DNA of 64,000 nucleotides from NCBI GenBank assembly GCA_023653095.1, contig JAMNXP010000002.1, positions 80,910 through 144,909 on the forward strand, in the 5' to 3' direction. Source of the stretch: Bacteroidia bacterium. Its GTDB lineage: Bacteria; Bacteroidota; Bacteroidia; NS11-12g; UBA955. Positions 54,280-64,000 of the stretch are shown here, one piece after another. Numbering within the stretch: the first letter of the stretch is position 1; every line of letters begins with the position of its first letter. Position numbers and translations under genes: made by a program. The notes under the pieces were generated by a model. It saw nothing but the letters and a program-made list of their open reading frames with translations, had not been told where the DNA came from and did not search any database.

Positions 54280-55671
54280 TTAGTTGTGGGTGAAATCATC
54301 AGCATCATCAGAGATCCATTCGCTGATGAAATTTTTGAAAATTCCGTTGCCTGGGTACAAGCTCTTCCATGAAATACCTTTCTTTTTATTTTGGGGGATT
54401 TCTTGAGTGGTTTCGCCTACCATTTCAGGTTCAGGTTGAGGTTGAGGAGTAGTTTTGGGTTGAGCAATTTCTTCTACATGTAGGTTTGGATAATTGGTTG
54501 GTTTCAGTTGTTCTGTCTCAATTCCCTTCATAACCAAACCAATGGCAGTAGAATACATGGGGTTGCGAACTTCTTCAATCATTCCTTTGCCTAAATGTTG
54601 GCCAGGGCTATTCAAATGTACATCCAGGCCGGTATTGTAACTGAAGAATTGATTGATGTCTTTTAAACTTGATCCGCCACCGGTTAAAACTATGCCTCCG
54701 TTCAAACGGTGTTGAATTCCTGAAAGTTGAATTTCGAAATCTACTTTTTGAACGATGTCTTCCATACGTGCTTTAATAACCTGTGAAATAGCATAAACGG
54801 AAATTTCTCTAGGAGACCTGCCCGGTAATCCTGGTATGACTACCACTTCGTTTTTCATGTTTTCTAGGCTAAAGCAGCTTCCGTATTTTACTTTCACTTC
54901 TTCGGCTTGTTCCTTTAGTATACCAAAAGCTTCTTGTAAATCTTGGGTAATGCGATCTCCTCCAATTGGAATAATGGCAGTATGAACAATTTTACCTGAA
55001 TCGAAAATGCATATATCTGTGGTTCCACCGCCAATATCTACGAGTGCAACGCCGGCTTCCATTTCTTGTTCAGACAAAATTGCTTGAGCCGATGCTACAG
55101 GTTCAACCACGAGGTCAGCCAAGTGTAAACCCGCTTTCATTACGGCTTTGCCAATGGTGCGCGCACGACTGGTTTCGCCGGTGATGATGTGGAAATTGCA
55201 TTCTACACGCGTACCAATGCGACCTTCGGGGTCTCTGATTCCGTCTTCGCCGTCAATTCTGTATTCTTGGGGTAAAACATGTAGTATTTCCAAGCCTGGA
55301 GATAACGCCAAGTTCTCCATTTCTGTGGTAAGACTATTCAATTCCTCCTTTGTGATTTCTTCTTCTCCATTTCTACGAGTCAAAGTTCCTCTGTGCTGCA
55401 AACTTTTAATGTGGTGACCAGCAATACCCACATAAACGGTATTGATTTTTACTCTGCTCAGTTTTTCTGCTTGTTTGACAGCTTCTTCAATGGCAGTTAC
55501 TACTCTGCTTACGTTAGCAACCATGCCTCGAGAAACTCCACCTTGCGATGATGCTTTACCAACACCCAAGATGTTGATCTTTCCGTTTTCGGAAAGTTGT
55601 GATACAATCACACAAATTTTTGTGGTTCCGATGTCAAGTCCTGCAATGATGTTATTATTCGTTGGCGTCAT
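54280..55671 (-). CDS. ftsA: Cell division protein FtsA
   Basis: IIAGLDIGTTKICVIV actin-like N-terminus. Start set at internal Met (MTPTNNNIIAGLDIG, codon ending 55671). The ORF-track start 55758 would overlap ftsQ by 38 nt. Confidence 0.85.
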   Translation of the reverse strand: MTPTNNNIIAGLDIGTTKICVIVSQLSENGKINILGVGKASSQGGVSRGMVANVSRVVTAIEEAVKQAEKLSRVKINTVYVGIAGHHIKSLQHRGTLTRRNGEEEITKEELNSLTTEMENLALSPGLEILHVLPQEYRIDGEDGIRDPEGRIGTRVECNFHIITGETSRARTIGKAVMKAGLHLADLVVEPVASAQAILSEQEMEAGVALVDIGGGTTDICIFDSGKIVHTAIIPIGGDRITQDLQEAFGILKEQAEEVKVKYGSCFSLENMKNEVVVIPGLPGRSPREISVYAISQVIKARMEDIVQKVDFEIQLSGIQHRLNGGIVLTGGGSSLKDINQFFSYNTGLDVHLNSPGQHLGKGMIEEVRNPMYSTAIGLVMKGIETEQLKPTNYPNLHVEEIAQPKTTPQPQPEPEMVGETTQEIPQNKKKGISWKSLYPGNGIFKNFISEWISDDADDFTHN

Positions 55672-55720
55672 ACTATTTATGTTTGGCTTATTAGACAGTG
55701 ATTTTGGTTTTTTGTATAAT

Positions 55721-56515
55721 TTATTGTTCAGTTCTTCTTCCCACAATCTGATCTTCATACGAAATATCTATTTCCCGGTAGGTGTTCCAACCCACCTGCG
55801 GAAGGCCTTTTTCGTAGAAAAGACGGAGGTTTTCGAACTTTTTTTCCATGTTCGTAGTGTTATCCAAAACAATGCTATGCTTTCCTACTCGGGGAATCAA
55901 CAAATACCGCCCAAACTTATCTACATAGCACTGTTCAAATTGCGCGTTCCACAGCTCGTTAGACCTTATAAACTTGCTTAAGTTTAATAATTCTAACATT
56001 TGTGGTGAGCCAGCGCGCTTACCCGACTCAAATTTTTGCTTCACATTTCCATTGATTACCCAAACAACGGGTGTTTGAATTCCTCTCTTAGGAATCATAT
56101 ATCCTCCGGTATCAATAAAAAACAATGAATCTTGGTTGTTCTTGATTAAGGCAATTGGCTCTCGCTCTTTTACCCTGATCTTCAAAGTTCCATCAAATGC
56201 GACATAAATAATTCCCTTGAATACGTAAGGAACCTTCTGAAGTTCAATTTCCATTTTGGTGAGCTCCACTTCAGATGCAGGTCTCCCAACAGGATTATCA
56301 AAGTGTTGTTGTACCCAATTAACCACTGCTTGTTTGGTTAAAAAGTTGTAGCCCGATTCTGAGGCATCAATTTCAACTTCCAAGTTTCCAATGATTCGGT
56401 TTTTACCAGCAAAACTTAATTTAGACCATGCGAAAATTAAGATCATGATCACTATTGCGGCAATGGTAATCATCCATTGTCTTCTGCTGAATGCCAATCT
56501 AATCTTATCTCTCAT
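55721..56515 (-). CDS. ftsQ: Cell division protein FtsQ (POTRA-domain)
   Basis: N-terminal single TM (WMITIAAIVIMILIFAW), at the right position in the dcw cluster. 264 aa. Confidence 0.7.
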   Translation of the reverse strand: MRDKIRLAFSRRQWMITIAAIVIMILIFAWSKLSFAGKNRIIGNLEVEIDASESGYNFLTKQAVVNWVQQHFDNPVGRPASEVELTKMEIELQKVPYVFKGIIYVAFDGTLKIRVKEREPIALIKNNQDSLFFIDTGGYMIPKRGIQTPVVWVINGNVKQKFESGKRAGSPQMLELLNLSKFIRSNELWNAQFEQCYVDKFGRYLLIPRVGKHSIVLDNTTNMEKKFENLRLFYEKGLPQVGWNTYREIDISYEDQIVGRRTEQ

Positions 56516-57881
56516 GGTGTCTTAGTTTTGCGCTTAATCTATCAATGTCGCCTGCACCCATGATCAAAATCAACTCAGGCGATTCAGACTTGATTTTTTC
56601 AAGAATCTGTTCTTGGTCTAATAACGACTTATTTTGATGGGTTACTAGGCTCAAGAGCCACTCAGAAGTGATGCCTTCTATGGGCTTTTCTCTAGCCGGA
56701 TAAATATCCATCAAAATCAACTCATCTACCAATGATAAACTCTCCGCAAATTCTTGAGCAAAGTCTCTGGTTCTGCTGAATAAATGCGGTTGGAACACTC
56801 CTGTGATTTTCTTTTCAGGGTACAACGTTCTTACCGATTTGATGATGGCTTTTATTTCTTCAGGGTGATGAGCATAGTCATCAATAATCACTTGTTCGGG
56901 ACTGTTTTTTAGGAATTCAAATCGGCGTTTTACTCCTTTAAAACTTGCAACTCCATTTGCAATTTGATTTGGAGGTATCTTCAACGAGTTTAAGCAAAGT
57001 GCCGCTGCTGCCGTAGCATTTGACACGTTGTGATGACCAGGAAGTCCGCAAACAAATTTTTGTCCTTGAAGGTCAAATACGTATTGATGATTTTCAATTC
57101 GCACGTTTTCATAGGTAAATGCACAATCGGCTTCCGTTCCGTATCTATGCAGTTTTACATGAGCTGGAATACTCATTTGAACGCGTTCTTCGAGATATAG
57201 GTCGCCCATTTTTTCTGGGGATATTAACTCGGCGAACACTTTGAAAGCTTCAAAAAATGACTTTGAATCCCCGTAAATATCTAAATGATCAGCATCAATG
57301 GCGGTAATGATGGCCGCATCAGGACGCAGTTGATGAAAACTGCGGTCAAATTCATCAGCCTCAACAACCACAATGTCTTTTTCGAACAGCTGAATGCCGT
57401 TGGTGTGACTGATGTAGTTGGATTGGTAATTGCTGGATATCCCACCAAGGAAAGCACTGAAATTCACATTGCAGGTTTTCAAAAGGTGAGCCAATAGGGT
57501 TGAGGTGGTGGTTTTTCCGTGGGTGCCGGCCACCGCTAGACATATTTTATCTTGAGTGAGAAGTCCTAAAATCTGTGATCTTTTGTGAAGCGTAATTCCT
57601 TGCTCTTGCAACCAAATCCATTGAGGGTGATCTTTTGGAATGGCGGGGGTATAGACAAAAAGGGTGTTATTCAGGTCTGATTTTACTTCCATTGGCAAGG
57701 CGTCAATGGCGTCGTTATAGGTAATGCTTACGCCAAGACCCTCTAATTCAATAGTTAAGTCAGTACGGGTTTTGTCATAGCCCCAAACCGATATGTTTTG
57801 CTCCAACAAATACCTGCAAATGGCACTCATTCCAATGCCGCCAACACCTATGAAATATGCTTTCTGAAACGACTTATTCAC
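56505..57881 (-). CDS. murC: UDP-N-acetylmuramate--L-alanine ligase
   Basis: YFIGVGGIGMSAICRYL N-terminus and Mur ligase motifs (AGTHGKTTT). dcw position. Confidence 0.95.
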   Translation of the reverse strand: MNKSFQKAYFIGVGGIGMSAICRYLLEQNISVWGYDKTRTDLTIELEGLGVSITYNDAIDALPMEVKSDLNNTLFVYTPAIPKDHPQWIWLQEQGITLHKRSQILGLLTQDKICLAVAGTHGKTTTSTLLAHLLKTCNVNFSAFLGGISSNYQSNYISHTNGIQLFEKDIVVVEADEFDRSFHQLRPDAAIITAIDADHLDIYGDSKSFFEAFKVFAELISPEKMGDLYLEERVQMSIPAHVKLHRYGTEADCAFTYENVRIENHQYVFDLQGQKFVCGLPGHHNVSNATAAAALCLNSLKIPPNQIANGVASFKGVKRRFEFLKNSPEQVIIDDYAHHPEEIKAIIKSVRTLYPEKKITGVFQPHLFSRTRDFAQEFAESLSLVDELILMDIYPAREKPIEGITSEWLLSLVTHQNKSLLDQEQILEKIKSESPELILIMGAGDIDRLSAKLRHHER

Positions 57882-58959
57882 GATTTAGATCTTTTAAAAT
57901 TTGGTCTACAATTTCTTGGGTGGCTCTTGGTTTTGCATGATTCAATAATTGTGTTCTCATGCGGGATAGTTCGTCGTTATTTTCAAGCATATCAACGACT
58001 TGATTTGTTAATTTCGATTTTATTTCACTATCCTTTATTAATAGGCCTCCTCCGTATTGAGTGGCTTTCTCAGCATTCTTTGTTTGATGGTCATCGGTCA
58101 CATTTGGAGATGGAACAAGTATAGCAGGTACACCTACGGCCATGATTTCTGATACACTGGTAGCCCCAGACCTCGATATTACCAAGTCAGCACAACTGTA
58201 TGCAAGATGCATTTCTTTCAAAAACGCGGATACCCAAATACCTTCAGGCGTATTCACGGCGGTATAGTTTTTGCCCGTTTGCCAAATGACTTGAATTCCA
58301 TGTTCCTTCCAGGTGTTAATGGATGATTCTACGGCTTCATTGATGCTTCGAGCGCCCAAACTTCCCCCGGTAACAAAGACTATGGGCTTGGATGGGTCCA
58401 AATCAAAAAAGGCAACGGCCGTATTTCTATCGGTTTTCTTTAGAATTTCTTGTCTAATGGGATTGCCTGAGTGGATCCAATTATGGTAAGGAAATTGAGC
58501 GTCCATCCCATCAAATCCACAAAAGATTCGCTTAGCCGTCTTTTTCAATAATTTATTGGTAAGACCCGCGAAGCCGTTTCCTTCCCATGCAAAAACGGGG
58601 ACACCCAAACGAGTGGCCGCAACGGTAATGGGTAAGCTGGCAAATCCGCCGGTTCCAACAACGGCATCCGGCCGAAAATCTTCGATGATTTTTTTAGCCT
58701 TCAGATAGCTATTTATGGCTTTGAAAATGATCTTGATGTTTTTAAGTGAAGCGCTACGTAATAGACCCTCAACTGGAAGTCCAACGATGTTGAATCCTTC
58801 CGACGGTACTTTTTCCATTTCCATCTTGCCTAAAGCACCTACAAATAAAATTTCGACATCGCTGAACCGATTTTGAAATTCTCGGGCAATAGCTACTGCG
58901 GGGAAAATATGTCCACCCGTTCCGCCTCCGCTAAATATGACCTTCAAAGGTTTACTCAT
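57874..58959 (-). CDS. murG: UDP-N-acetylglucosamine--N-acetylmuramyl-(pentapeptide) pyrophosphoryl-undecaprenol N-acetylglucosamine transferase
   Basis: IFSGGGTGGHIFPAVAIA N-terminal signature. dcw position. Confidence 0.95.
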   Translation of the reverse strand: MSKPLKVIFSGGGTGGHIFPAVAIAREFQNRFSDVEILFVGALGKMEMEKVPSEGFNIVGLPVEGLLRSASLKNIKIIFKAINSYLKAKKIIEDFRPDAVVGTGGFASLPITVAATRLGVPVFAWEGNGFAGLTNKLLKKTAKRIFCGFDGMDAQFPYHNWIHSGNPIRQEILKKTDRNTAVAFFDLDPSKPIVFVTGGSLGARSINEAVESSINTWKEHGIQVIWQTGKNYTAVNTPEGIWVSAFLKEMHLAYSCADLVISRSGATSVSEIMAVGVPAILVPSPNVTDDHQTKNAEKATQYGGGLLIKDSEIKSKLTNQVVDMLENNDELSRMRTQLLNHAKPRATQEIVDQILKDLNRE

Positions 58960-60149
58960 GCTGTTTCAGGCACGGCGCCTGCTCCTTGGGTGCTTGCTTT
59001 TAGTTTTTCTTCACGTATATGTCTGCTAGTGCCCAGTATAATTCCGAAAGCAATGCTATTAAATATGATGCTTGTTCCACCCATGCTGACCAAGGGAAGA
59101 GTGAGTCCCGTAACCGGTAATCTTCCTACATTTACACCCATATGAATAAAGGCTTGTAAACTCATAGAGAATGAGATGCCCAGTACTACAAGGGCAGCAA
59201 ACGACTTCTGAGCTTCTACAACCATTTTGAAGCTTCGCAATAGCAACACAATGAATGCAGCAATGAGAATGAGTCCTCCGAAAAGACCGTATTCTTCTAC
59301 AATAATGGCAAAGATGAAGTCAGAGTAGGGGTGTGGCAGAAAATTACGCTGAGTGGAATGCCCTGGGCCTTTACCGGTTAAACCACCCGTAGCAATGGCA
59401 ATCTTGGCTTGTGTTTTTTGGTAGTCGCTGCCTGATTCACCAACACCTGCATAGGATTCAATTCTTGCTTTCCACGTAGGCAAACGCGTGTTTGACCATT
59501 TATCTACGTCTACGTTTAATAGAAAAACAACAAATAAGCTAATCAGTAAAATGCCTCCACCTGCAAAGCTGAAAATGAAACGAGTTTTTATTCTACCTAT
59601 ATATAGCAATAATGTACATGATGTTATAAGAACCAACGCAGTACTCAAGTTCTCAGGAATGATCAGTGCGGCAGCCAGGAGCACGGGGCCCATGGCTTTA
59701 TAAAAGACCTTCCTATTGTCTACTTCTTCTTGGTTTTTACTTAAGAACTTGGCAATCCAAACCATAATAAAAACCTTCGTCATGTCTGAAGGTTGCAGCG
59801 TGAAACCAAAAATGGGGATCACTCGATTTGCATTGTTGATGTTCAGTCCAAAGGTCAATGCTACAATCAGCAATACCACTGAAATCCACATCAAGAAAAT
59901 AGATGTTTTAGCGTAGAATTTAAAGGGGATGTTGTGGATTGTGTACATGGTAAAAAAACCAACCACTAAAAAGCCTAAATGTCTAAACAGATAAAATTCT
60001 GTATTTCCTTGCTGCTTGGCAAAAGCCAAAGTCCCAGTAGAACTATACACAGCAAGTACACCAATAAAGCCCAATACAAAGACAATTCCCCAGATATAAG
60101 GGTCGCCTTTTAGGTGGTTCGATTTCTTTAATTTCTCAATCAACGACAT
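58956..60149 (-). CDS. ftsW: FtsW/RodA/SpoVE-family peptidoglycan glycosyltransferase (FtsW by dcw context)
   Basis: About 10 TM helices and the SEDS family pattern. Lies between murD and murG. Confidence 0.9.
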   Translation of the reverse strand: MSLIEKLKKSNHLKGDPYIWGIVFVLGFIGVLAVYSSTGTLAFAKQQGNTEFYLFRHLGFLVVGFFTMYTIHNIPFKFYAKTSIFLMWISVVLLIVALTFGLNINNANRVIPIFGFTLQPSDMTKVFIMVWIAKFLSKNQEEVDNRKVFYKAMGPVLLAAALIIPENLSTALVLITSCTLLLYIGRIKTRFIFSFAGGGILLISLFVVFLLNVDVDKWSNTRLPTWKARIESYAGVGESGSDYQKTQAKIAIATGGLTGKGPGHSTQRNFLPHPYSDFIFAIIVEEYGLFGGLILIAAFIVLLLRSFKMVVEAQKSFAALVVLGISFSMSLQAFIHMGVNVGRLPVTGLTLPLVSMGGTSIIFNSIAFGIILGTSRHIREEKLKASTQGAGAVPETA

Positions 60150-60163
60150 ATCCGTATATGAGT

Positions 60164-61501
60164 TTACAAGTTTTTAACGGCTTGCTTGAATAATCTTCCG
60201 CGTTCTTCGTAGTTTTCGAATAAATCAAAACTTGCACAAGCTGGCGACAACAGCACAGCATCACCTGATTCTGACATTTTGGATGCAACATAAACTGCTT
60301 CTTTTGCGCTTTGAGTGTTGATGATCATATCTACACTGTTTTGGAAGGCCTTATGAATTTTGATGTTATCTAGACCAAGACAAATAATCATCTTGACTTT
60401 GTTTTTCACCAAGGGAATTAAATCGGTATAGTCATTTCCTTTGTCAACACCTCCAGCAATCCAAATTACAGGTTTATCCATGCTTTCTAGAGCATACCAC
60501 GCCGAATTCACGTTGGTAGCTTTACTATCATTAATGTATTCAACGCCATTCACTCTGGCCACGAATTCCAAGCGGTGCTCTAAGTTGTTGAAGTTGCTTA
60601 AACTCTCGCGGATACTATCTTTACGAACATCAATCAAACTTGCCATAACGGCCGCTGCCATTGTGTTGTAGGTGTTGTGTTTGCCTCTTAAATTTACGTT
60701 AGTCATATCTATTGTGTATTGGGTGTTTTTTAATTTTATGTATATGTTTCCATCTTTGAACCAGGCTCCTTCTTGGAGTTCTTGATTTATGGAAAATGGA
60801 ATGAGTGTTGCTTTTTGGGGGATGTTTTGGAATCCTTCTTCAATCAAATGGTCATCTATGCAGTAAACTAAATACTCCTCTTGTGTTTGATTTTGCCCAA
60901 TGCGCATTTTACTGTTGATGTAATTCGTTAGTTGGTATTCGTATCTATCTAAATGGTCTTCTGTAATGTTGGTGACACAACCTATGTTTAATGTGAGTTT
61001 ATGGCAATCATCTAATTGGAAGCTGCTCAATTCCAATACATAGACGTCAAAATTATTTTCAGCCACTTGTCTAGCAAATGATTGGCCGATATTGCCTCCC
61101 AGTCCCACATTGAATCCTGCTTCTTTTAAAAGATGGTAGGTTAACATGGTTGTGGTTGATTTTCCGTTGGTGCCGGTTATTCCAATGATTTTAGCTTGTG
61201 TGTACCAGCTGCCAAATTCAATCTCAGAAATTATAGGAATATTTAAAGTCAAGCATTTTTGAACAATGGTCACCTTAGGCGAGATACCTGGACTTTTTAC
61301 AATTAAGTCTGCTTTTAAGATGGTTTCTTCAGAATGCTTGCCCTCTTCCCAAGCTATACCTCTTGCGTTGAGTTCGTTTTTAGAATCTTGGTCAATGGTG
61401 CCGTAATCAGACACAAATACATTCCATCCTTGAACTACTCCAAGAATGGCTGCACCTGTTCCGCTTTCGCCGGCTCCCAATATGACTAAATTCTTTTTCA
61501 A
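60164..61501 (-). CDS. murD: UDP-N-acetylmuramoylalanine--D-glutamate ligase
   Basis: LVILGAGESGTGAA N-terminus and ITGTNGKSTTT P-loop. Confidence 0.95.
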   Translation of the reverse strand: MKKNLVILGAGESGTGAAILGVVQGWNVFVSDYGTIDQDSKNELNARGIAWEEGKHSEETILKADLIVKSPGISPKVTIVQKCLTLNIPIISEIEFGSWYTQAKIIGITGTNGKSTTTMLTYHLLKEAGFNVGLGGNIGQSFARQVAENNFDVYVLELSSFQLDDCHKLTLNIGCVTNITEDHLDRYEYQLTNYINSKMRIGQNQTQEEYLVYCIDDHLIEEGFQNIPQKATLIPFSINQELQEGAWFKDGNIYIKLKNTQYTIDMTNVNLRGKHNTYNTMAAAVMASLIDVRKDSIRESLSNFNNLEHRLEFVARVNGVEYINDSKATNVNSAWYALESMDKPVIWIAGGVDKGNDYTDLIPLVKNKVKMIICLGLDNIKIHKAFQNSVDMIINTQSAKEAVYVASKMSESGDAVLLSPACASFDLFENYEERGRLFKQAVKNL

Positions 61502-61505
61502 GCGG

Positions 61506-62639
61506 TTATCTCAATTTGATTAAGGCAATAGTTGCTAAAACCAGAATGATGGTGATCAACCAAAATCTGAGCGTAATTTTACTTTCGGGTATTCCCTTTT
61601 TTTGGTAGTGATGGTGTAAGGGCGACATCAAGAAGATGCGTTTTCCTTCGCCAAATTTTTTCTTGGTATACTTAAAATAGGAGACTTGCAGTATGACACT
61701 TAAGCTCTCTGCAAAGAAGATTCCGCATAAAATGGGCAATAAAAGTTCCATCTTTATAATGATGGCAACTGCTGCAATAGCACCTCCAAGTGCCATGCTT
61801 CCCGTATCACCCATGAATACCTGTGCAGGAAAACCGTTGTACCATAGAAATCCTAGGCAAGCACCAATCAACGCGGCCAAGAAAATTACTACTTCACCGC
61901 TGTTCGGTACATAGATAATATTAAGGTATTTCGCAATTTTGATGTTCCCCGTGGCATAGGCCAAAAATCCCAATCCAATTCCAACAATGGCAGTGGTGCC
62001 AGCGGCAAGTCCATCAATGCCATCGGTCAAATTCACGGCATTGGTAACTGCCATGGATATGAAAATGATAACAGGAATGAAGATCAACCACGCATTTCCG
62101 TCCCCAGGAATAATATCGCTATAATTCAATCTAGCTTTAGTGATTGGGAGGTTGGTTTCTAGAGCAAAATGATTGACAGAATGGGTATAATCAACTGCAA
62201 TGGCAATGATGATGCCTAACATCAATTGGCCAATTAATTTGGTGGTGGCTTTCATGCCCTCCTTATCTTTTTTGAACACTTTGATGTAATCATCAATTCC
62301 ACCAATCACGCCCATCCAAAGGGTTGCGATGATCATAATGATTACATACATGTTGTCAAGTCGGGCAAACAAGAGGGTAGGGATGATCAAGGCAATGATG
62401 ATGATGATTCCACCCATGGTAGGGGTGCCTTTCTTTTGCATCTGTCCCTCCAAGCCTAAGTCTCTGATGCTTTCACCAATTTGCTGGCGTTGCAACCAAT
62501 AAATGATTTGTTTTCCTGCTATCAATGCAATCAACAAGGCAACAATACCTGCTAATGATGCTCTAAAGGAAATGAAATTGAATACCCCGGCTCCGGAATA
62601 ACCCAATTTATCAAGGTATTTGAATAGGTGGTACAGCAT
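61506..62639 (-). CDS. mraY: Phospho-N-acetylmuramoyl-pentapeptide transferase
   Basis: Polytopic membrane protein with conserved MraY aspartates (DDxxD: GIDDYIKV; NAVNLTDGIDGLAAG). Confidence 0.95.
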   Translation of the reverse strand: MLYHLFKYLDKLGYSGAGVFNFISFRASLAGIVALLIALIAGKQIIYWLQRQQIGESIRDLGLEGQMQKKGTPTMGGIIIIIALIIPTLLFARLDNMYVIIMIIATLWMGVIGGIDDYIKVFKKDKEGMKATTKLIGQLMLGIIIAIAVDYTHSVNHFALETNLPITKARLNYSDIIPGDGNAWLIFIPVIIFISMAVTNAVNLTDGIDGLAAGTTAIVGIGLGFLAYATGNIKIAKYLNIIYVPNSGEVVIFLAALIGACLGFLWYNGFPAQVFMGDTGSMALGGAIAAVAIIIKMELLLPILCGIFFAESLSVILQVSYFKYTKKKFGEGKRIFLMSPLHHHYQKKGIPESKITLRFWLITIILVLATIALIKLR

Positions 62640-64000
62640 TATTTGATGTGTTTAAATTCTTCGGTTACAATGATCCTGTCATCAAAAGGGTATTTAACAC
62701 CTTTGATTTCTTGGTAGGTTTCGTGCCCTTTTCCAGCAATGAGTATCACATCGCCAGGTTGTGACAATAAGACGGCAGTTCTAATGGCCTCAGATCTGTC
62801 AGTGATTTTTAAAACCTTTCTTAAGTTCTCTGGAGAAACCCCTGCCATCATTTCCTCTATGATTTGCGTTGGCTCTTCGTTTCGCGGATTGTCTGAGGTA
62901 AAAAGGCATCTTTCGCTCATTCGAGAAGCAATTTTGCCCATTTCTGGTCTCTTATTCGCGTCTCTGTTTCCACCGCATCCTACCACAGTGATGATATTGC
63001 TTTGTCCTTGTCTGATGTTTTGGATGGTTTTAATTACATTTTCCAAAGCATCTGGTGTATGCGCATAATCAACAATGGCGGTGCGTGAATTGGGGCCAGC
63101 AATGGCTTCGAAACGCCCATTTACTCTGCCTAAAGCACTCATTGCTACCTCAATGTCTTCATCTCCTTGAGTGAGTAACTTCGCAGTAGCATATACAGCC
63201 AATAAATTGGAAGCATTGAAAGTTCCAACAAGCGGAGTCCATATATCTGCTGTCCCAATGCGCAACAACATCCCTCCAAAGTCGCTTTCAATGATCTTTA
63301 CGTTGAAATCGGCAGTTCCCTTTAAACTATAAGTGTATCTAATACTCTTAGTATTCTGCAGCATCACCAATCCGTTTTTATCGTCTTTGTTGGTCACACT
63401 GAATGCTTCATCATTCAATAAATCAAAGAATTTCTTTTTGGCTTTGATGTAATTATCAAATGTGATATGATAATCTAAATGATCATGAGTAATGTTGGTG
63501 AAAATGGCACCTGCAAAAGGGATTCCAGCAATTCTATCTTGGTCAAGGGCATGAGAACTTACTTCCATGAATACATGTGTACAACCCTCCGCCGACATTT
63601 TAGCAAACAATCTGTGGAGGCTAACTACATCAGGTGTGGTATGCGTACTTGGATAAACCTCAGCGCCAATTCTATATTCTACGGTGGATATTAGACCGCA
63701 TTTATATCCAAGGTGGGTAAATAAATCAAATAGAAGGGTGGTAACAGTGGTTTTGCCGTTAGTCCCCGTACATCCTACAATGATTAGGTCATCAATTACT
63801 CGGTCAAAGAAATTCACCGCTATCTGTCCCAAAGCAACAGCCGTATTTTCAACTTTGATATAGGTGATCTTGTCATTCAGTGTTGAAGGTAAATCCTGAC
63901 AAAGAATCACTGAAGCTCCCTTCTCAATGGCAGAGTCAATAAATTGATGTCCATCTACTTGAGTTCCTTTTTGGGCAGCGTACAGCGTATTCTTTTCAAT
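62639..64000 (-). CDS. murE: UDP-N-acetylmuramoyl-L-alanyl-D-glutamate--2,6-diaminopimelate ligase (5' end outside window)
   Basis: Mur ligase motifs (GCTGTNGKTT, DNPRNE). The reading frame continues in-frame to the window edge (...IEKNTLYAAQKGTQVDGHQFIDSAIEKGASVILCQD...), so the ORF-track start at 63910 is an internal GTG. Confidence 0.9.
   Translation of the reverse strand: MEKNTLYAAQKGTQVDGHQFIDSAIEKGASVILCQDLPSTLNDKITYIKVENTAVALGQIAVNFFDRVIDDLIIVGCTGTNGKTTVTTLLFDLFTHLGYKCGLISTVEYRIGAEVYPSTHTTPDVVSLHRLFAKMSAEGCTHVFMEVSSHALDQDRIAGIPFAGAIFTNITHDHLDYHITFDNYIKAKKKFFDLLNDEAFSVTNKDDKNGLVMLQNTKSIRYTYSLKGTADFNVKIIESDFGGMLLRIGTADIWTPLVGTFNASNLLAVYATAKLLTQGDEDIEVAMSALGRVNGRFEAIAGPNSRTAIVDYAHTPDALENVIKTIQNIRQGQSNIITVVGCGGNRDANKRPEMGKIASRMSERCLFTSDNPRNEEPTQIIEEMMAGVSPENLRKVLKITDRSEAIRTAVLLSQPGDVILIAGKGHETYQEIKGVKYPFDDRIIVTEEFKHIK

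Noticed and set aside
63908-63910. ORF-track start of murE at 63910
   Set aside because: The codon is GTG, and the frame stays open with MurE-like sequence (…GTQVDGHQFIDSAIEKGASV…) up to the window edge. The gene is truncated by the window, not started here.

Overview
This 64 kb window looks like a Bacteroidota chromosome segment. The evidence is T9SS C-terminal sorting domains on three secreted proteins, TAnnTTTG-type -7 promoter boxes, leaderless-looking starts, and a dcw cell-wall/division cluster that lacks murF and ddl. The conserved core is murE(partial)-mraY-murD-ftsW-murG-murC-ftsQ-ftsA-ftsZ on the minus strand at 52.7-64 kb. The window also carries a maltose/trehalose phosphorolysis operon (BadF-type sugar kinase, pgmB, GH65 phosphorylase), an ABC-F ATPase, sucB, a CDF transporter, lhgO, two glycosyltransferases, an MFS transporter, a tRNA-Arg(ACG), and a fatty-acid desaturase. 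The accessory content is a 2644-aa PKD-repeat protein with a gliding-motility-type (T9SS type B) C-terminal domain, two T9SS type-A cargo proteins (one a Cu-monooxygenase-like protein with an N-terminal CxxCH), a zinc metalloprotease translationally coupled to a TonB-dependent receptor, and a cluster of membrane-bound regulators (AraC, LytTR, TPR-TM-LuxR). The most interesting locus is a tightly packed five-gene operon at 34.8-40.8 kb. It encodes a small GldL/PorL-like two-TM protein that keeps the essential TM2 glutamate, followed by two tandem paralogous GldM/PorM-like bitopic proteins that keep the N-terminal TM arginine and the MYL(L/V)F motif. These are flanked by a coiled-coil membrane protein and a 735-aa secreted beta-helix protein, and no gldK or gldN homologue is present. 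That is consistent with a divergent GldLM-type ion-driven motor module separate from the canonical T9SS/gliding gldKLMN operon, but this rests on my recollection of the reference sequences and needs confirmation. A second notable feature is a 7-bp-period heptamer repeat array inside a secreted-protein gene. It is a candidate length- or phase-variation tract, and the same heptamer motif recurs in an intergenic region near the window start. I found no CRISPR arrays, transposases, integrases or rRNA genes.
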